From: an uncultured virus (IMG/VR IMGVR_UViG_3300030376_007244)
Lineage: Duplodnaviria > Heunggongvirae > Uroviricota > Caudoviricetes
Strand: one strand, 5' to 3'
Virus record (IMG/VR): IMGVR_UViG_3300030376_007244
DNA: 59,140 nt
Each line of letters begins with the position of its first letter. Within the stretch, counting starts at the first letter, position 1. Both the position numbers and the translations under genes were made by a program. This document shows, piece after piece, positions 56,869 through 59,140 of this stretch. The notes under the pieces were generated by a model. It was not told the DNA's origin, ran no database searches, and saw nothing but the letters and a program-made list of their open reading frames with translations.

Positions 56869-56895
56869 TAAGTTTTAAATGTTTGTTTTAGCCAT

Positions 56896-56922
56896 AAACT
56901 CCTCGTTCATTCGGGGAGTTTT
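56896..56922 (+). terminator. Intrinsic terminator
   Basis: AAACTCCTCG-TTCATT-CGGGGAGTTT followed by T-rich sequence. Confidence 0.65.
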
Positions 56923-56976
56923 CTTATGCAGACAAAGCTCACTCATATAATATTTATGTAAAAGCAAGGCCACATT

Positions 56977-58074
56977 ATGTTTGGTAATATACATGAAGAC
57001 GATAAACAGATAAACGAATTAAAAGTTCATAAAGAATTTACGTTTACTCATTATAACGATATAGATACTGCAAGTCCAGATGGAGTATTTAGTTACATCG
57101 CCCAATCTGGAAGTTTTAGAGGGGCAAATGGAGAAGGTAATTCTGGTGGGGAAGGATGGACTACATCTTCTGCAGCAGTAAACACGAATGTTAGTGGTGG
57201 TGTAGAATATAAAGCATTTAAGATTCCACTCTATAATCAAATAAAATTAAACTTTTTCGAGTTTCAAAATGCACCAAATAGGGTTAGTGCTGAAGTACCT
57301 CAACCTCAACATGCATTGGATAACATATTTAGACCATTTGGAAGGGGTGCACTATCTGGAAGTGTACCACATTATGAAAAATTAGGTCTTAGAAAAATTC
57401 ATAACAAAGCAAACATTGTAGCCATTCCACGTAGGTTCATGGGAGAAAGTATAAAGACTGGTTCTATATCTATATCGGATTATTCTTCTGGTCAATTAAT
57501 AACTGTTAAAGACGATGGATATGGAAACTTGTATGATAAACAATATGAACAGAATTTTTTAAGCGGCAGTCCCGATTCAAATGGATCTGGTTCTGCAATT
57601 GGTACTGTAAGTTACACATATGGATTAGTTATGTTAACCGATACTGGAAGTCGATACACAGATATAGTTGCTGGTACAACTGGATCAGATGGGTGGAAAA
57701 TAACGTATAAGGCTACAAAAACAATACAAGAGCATCAATACCAAGTAATTATTCCAGAAAATAAATTTAATCATACTACAAACATAAGCATAACACATGG
57801 AAGAAGTGGAAGTTTTGATGTTCCACCAGGAATAAGTGCTAACGAGTTGAGAACGTTTCTTCCTCCAGCTGAAGGCCAATACGATACAACAAATGGATAT
57901 TCTTCGTCAATGAAGGTTGAAGACTTTGTAACACATTCGTTTTTTGCGCCATATGTGACAACAGTTGGTTTGTATAATGATTTAGGAGATCTATTAGCCA
58001 TAGCAAAACCTAGTAGACCCGTAAGAAACGACCCGGAATTGGCACTTAGTTTCGTAATTAGATTTGACGTTTAG
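56977..58074 (+). CDS. Structural protein, family B paralog 2
   Basis: C-terminal 'YVTTVGLYNDLGDLLAIAKPSRPVRN...VIRFDV'; internal 'KDDGYGNL'. Confidence 0.7.
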   Translation: MFGNIHEDDKQINELKVHKEFTFTHYNDIDTASPDGVFSYIAQSGSFRGANGEGNSGGEGWTTSSAAVNTNVSGGVEYKAFKIPLYNQIKLNFFEFQNAPNRVSAEVPQPQHALDNIFRPFGRGALSGSVPHYEKLGLRKIHNKANIVAIPRRFMGESIKTGSISISDYSSGQLITVKDDGYGNLYDKQYEQNFLSGSPDSNGSGSAIGTVSYTYGLVMLTDTGSRYTDIVAGTTGSDGWKITYKATKTIQEHQYQVIIPENKFNHTTNISITHGRSGSFDVPPGISANELRTFLPPAEGQYDTTNGYSSSMKVEDFVTHSFFAPYVTTVGLYNDLGDLLAIAKPSRPVRNDPELALSFVIRFDV

Positions 58075-58084
58075 GAGACAAACA

Positions 58085-58417
58085 ATGGAAAGTAGTAAAA
58101 TAGTAAGTAAATTGAAAGATAATGTAGATTATCATGTACAAGACCAAAAACACCAAATCAATACAGAGTTAATTGGTATAATAAAATTTAGACAAAATAA
58201 AAAATGGTTAATTAGTATTGTTGTTGTTTCATTATTTGCCACAATATTGGGGCTTATGATTTGGTTCATGAGTAGTGGTGTTGATGTAATGGGCGGATGG
58301 AAAGAAATACTTTTATTAATGTTGGGTGGTTTTGTTGGTTCTTTTGCAAAAGTCATCGACTTCTGGTTTAACAATGCAGAGGATGATGTTAAGTTATTAG
58401 AACACGCTGACGACTAA
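58085..58417 (+). CDS. Two-TM membrane protein (holin-like topology)
   Basis: Start moved to ATG 58085 after AGGAG; 'LLMLGGFVGSFAKVIDFWF'. Confidence 0.6.
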   Translation: MESSKIVSKLKDNVDYHVQDQKHQINTELIGIIKFRQNKKWLISIVVVSLFATILGLMIWFMSSGVDVMGGWKEILLLMLGGFVGSFAKVIDFWFNNAEDDVKLLEHADD

Positions 58418-59070
58418 TGGACATAGCAACGTTATCTGGCCACCTGGCTTTTGGTTTAATAGCGTTTTCATTTTTAGTTAAAGACATTCTTTGGCTTAGG
58501 CTAATGTCTGTCTTAGCTAGCATATTTTCTGTTTTCTACAATTATGTTATCCCTATGGAACCCATGTGGATTCCGATTGGTTGGAATATAGTATTTGTAC
58601 TGGTTAACGTATACCATATAGCTATAATATTTTATGAAAAACGTCCAGTAAAAATGGACAACAAAAATAAAGAGCTATATGAAACTTTATTTAAAGATAT
58701 GACACCAGTAGAATATTTGAAAATAAGCAAAGTTGCAAAATGGACTTCGTTTAAGGATGGTACAACCATTGTAAAACAAGGATGCATGGTAGAAGATTTA
58801 ATACTAATTTACAATGGAACAGTTGATGTTGCCGTTGAAGGTAAAAAGGTTGCAGAATTAAGAGACGGTCAGTTTGTTGGGGAAATGTCATTTTTGACTG
58901 AAAAACCTGCAACAGCTACGTGTATAGTTAAGCATGATACTGAATGTTTGGTTTGGAAACAGCGCGAATTTAAAGATTTACTTAAACGTAATCCTTCTTT
59001 ATACTTCACTATACAATCCGTTCTAAGTGGACAAGTATCTGACGCACTAGTGACCAGTAGTCGTAAATAA
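58417..59070 (+). CDS. Popeye-like membrane protein with cyclic-nucleotide-binding domain
   Basis: N-terminal TM helices ('ILWLR...WNIVFVLVN'), 'LYETLF', cNMP cassette 'GQFVGEMSFLT..PATAT'. Confidence 0.8.
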   Translation: MDIATLSGHLAFGLIAFSFLVKDILWLRLMSVLASIFSVFYNYVIPMEPMWIPIGWNIVFVLVNVYHIAIIFYEKRPVKMDNKNKELYETLFKDMTPVEYLKISKVAKWTSFKDGTTIVKQGCMVEDLILIYNGTVDVAVEGKKVAELRDGQFVGEMSFLTEKPATATCIVKHDTECLVWKQREFKDLLKRNPSLYFTIQSVLSGQVSDALVTSSRK

Positions 59071-59140
59071 AAACGTAGTTACTCGATATTTATTGTAAAC
59101 CATATCTCGATTGGAGAACATTATGTATATAATAAAAAGA

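Noticed and set aside
1..59140. Alternative genetic code, introns/inteins, DGR or retron
   Set aside because: Known proteins are full-length in code 11 with TAA, TAG and TGA all used as stops. No reverse transcriptase, intein motifs or template/variable repeat pair was seen.

Overview
This is a 59 kb segment of a large, AT-rich, T4-like (myovirus-type, probably jumbo) phage genome, with almost all genes on the + strand. The left two-thirds (1-37 kb) is an accessory and host-takeover region. It holds glycosyltransferases, three 2OG-Fe(II) oxygenases, two type IV pilin-like genes behind a sigma54-like promoter, a stand-alone TonB C-terminal protein, and a tRNA-Gly(TCC) nested in frame inside a CDS. 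It also holds a VWA/MoxR pair, a putative DNA base-hypermodification locus (SGNH-like, PLP enzyme, ThyX, two aGPT-Pplase/HMUDK-like proteins), an MBD4-like glycosylase between two nuclease-like genes, MazG, UvsE, Hsp20, PhoH, peptide deformylase, a 3D-domain protein and an HD hydrolase. The right third (37-59 kb) holds a gp55-like late sigma factor, a baseplate/tail module (gp5-like, gp25, gp6, a 2662-aa wedge-like protein, paralogous structural genes) and a Popeye-like cNMP-binding membrane protein. Three promoter classes are visible: 8 copies of AAAAGCATGTAC(A/T)-N17/18-TAGATTCTA (putative early), an intergenic ATATTTA(T/G) motif (putative late), and two sigma54-like -24/-12 sites. All family assignments come from reading motifs by eye; no database searches were run.
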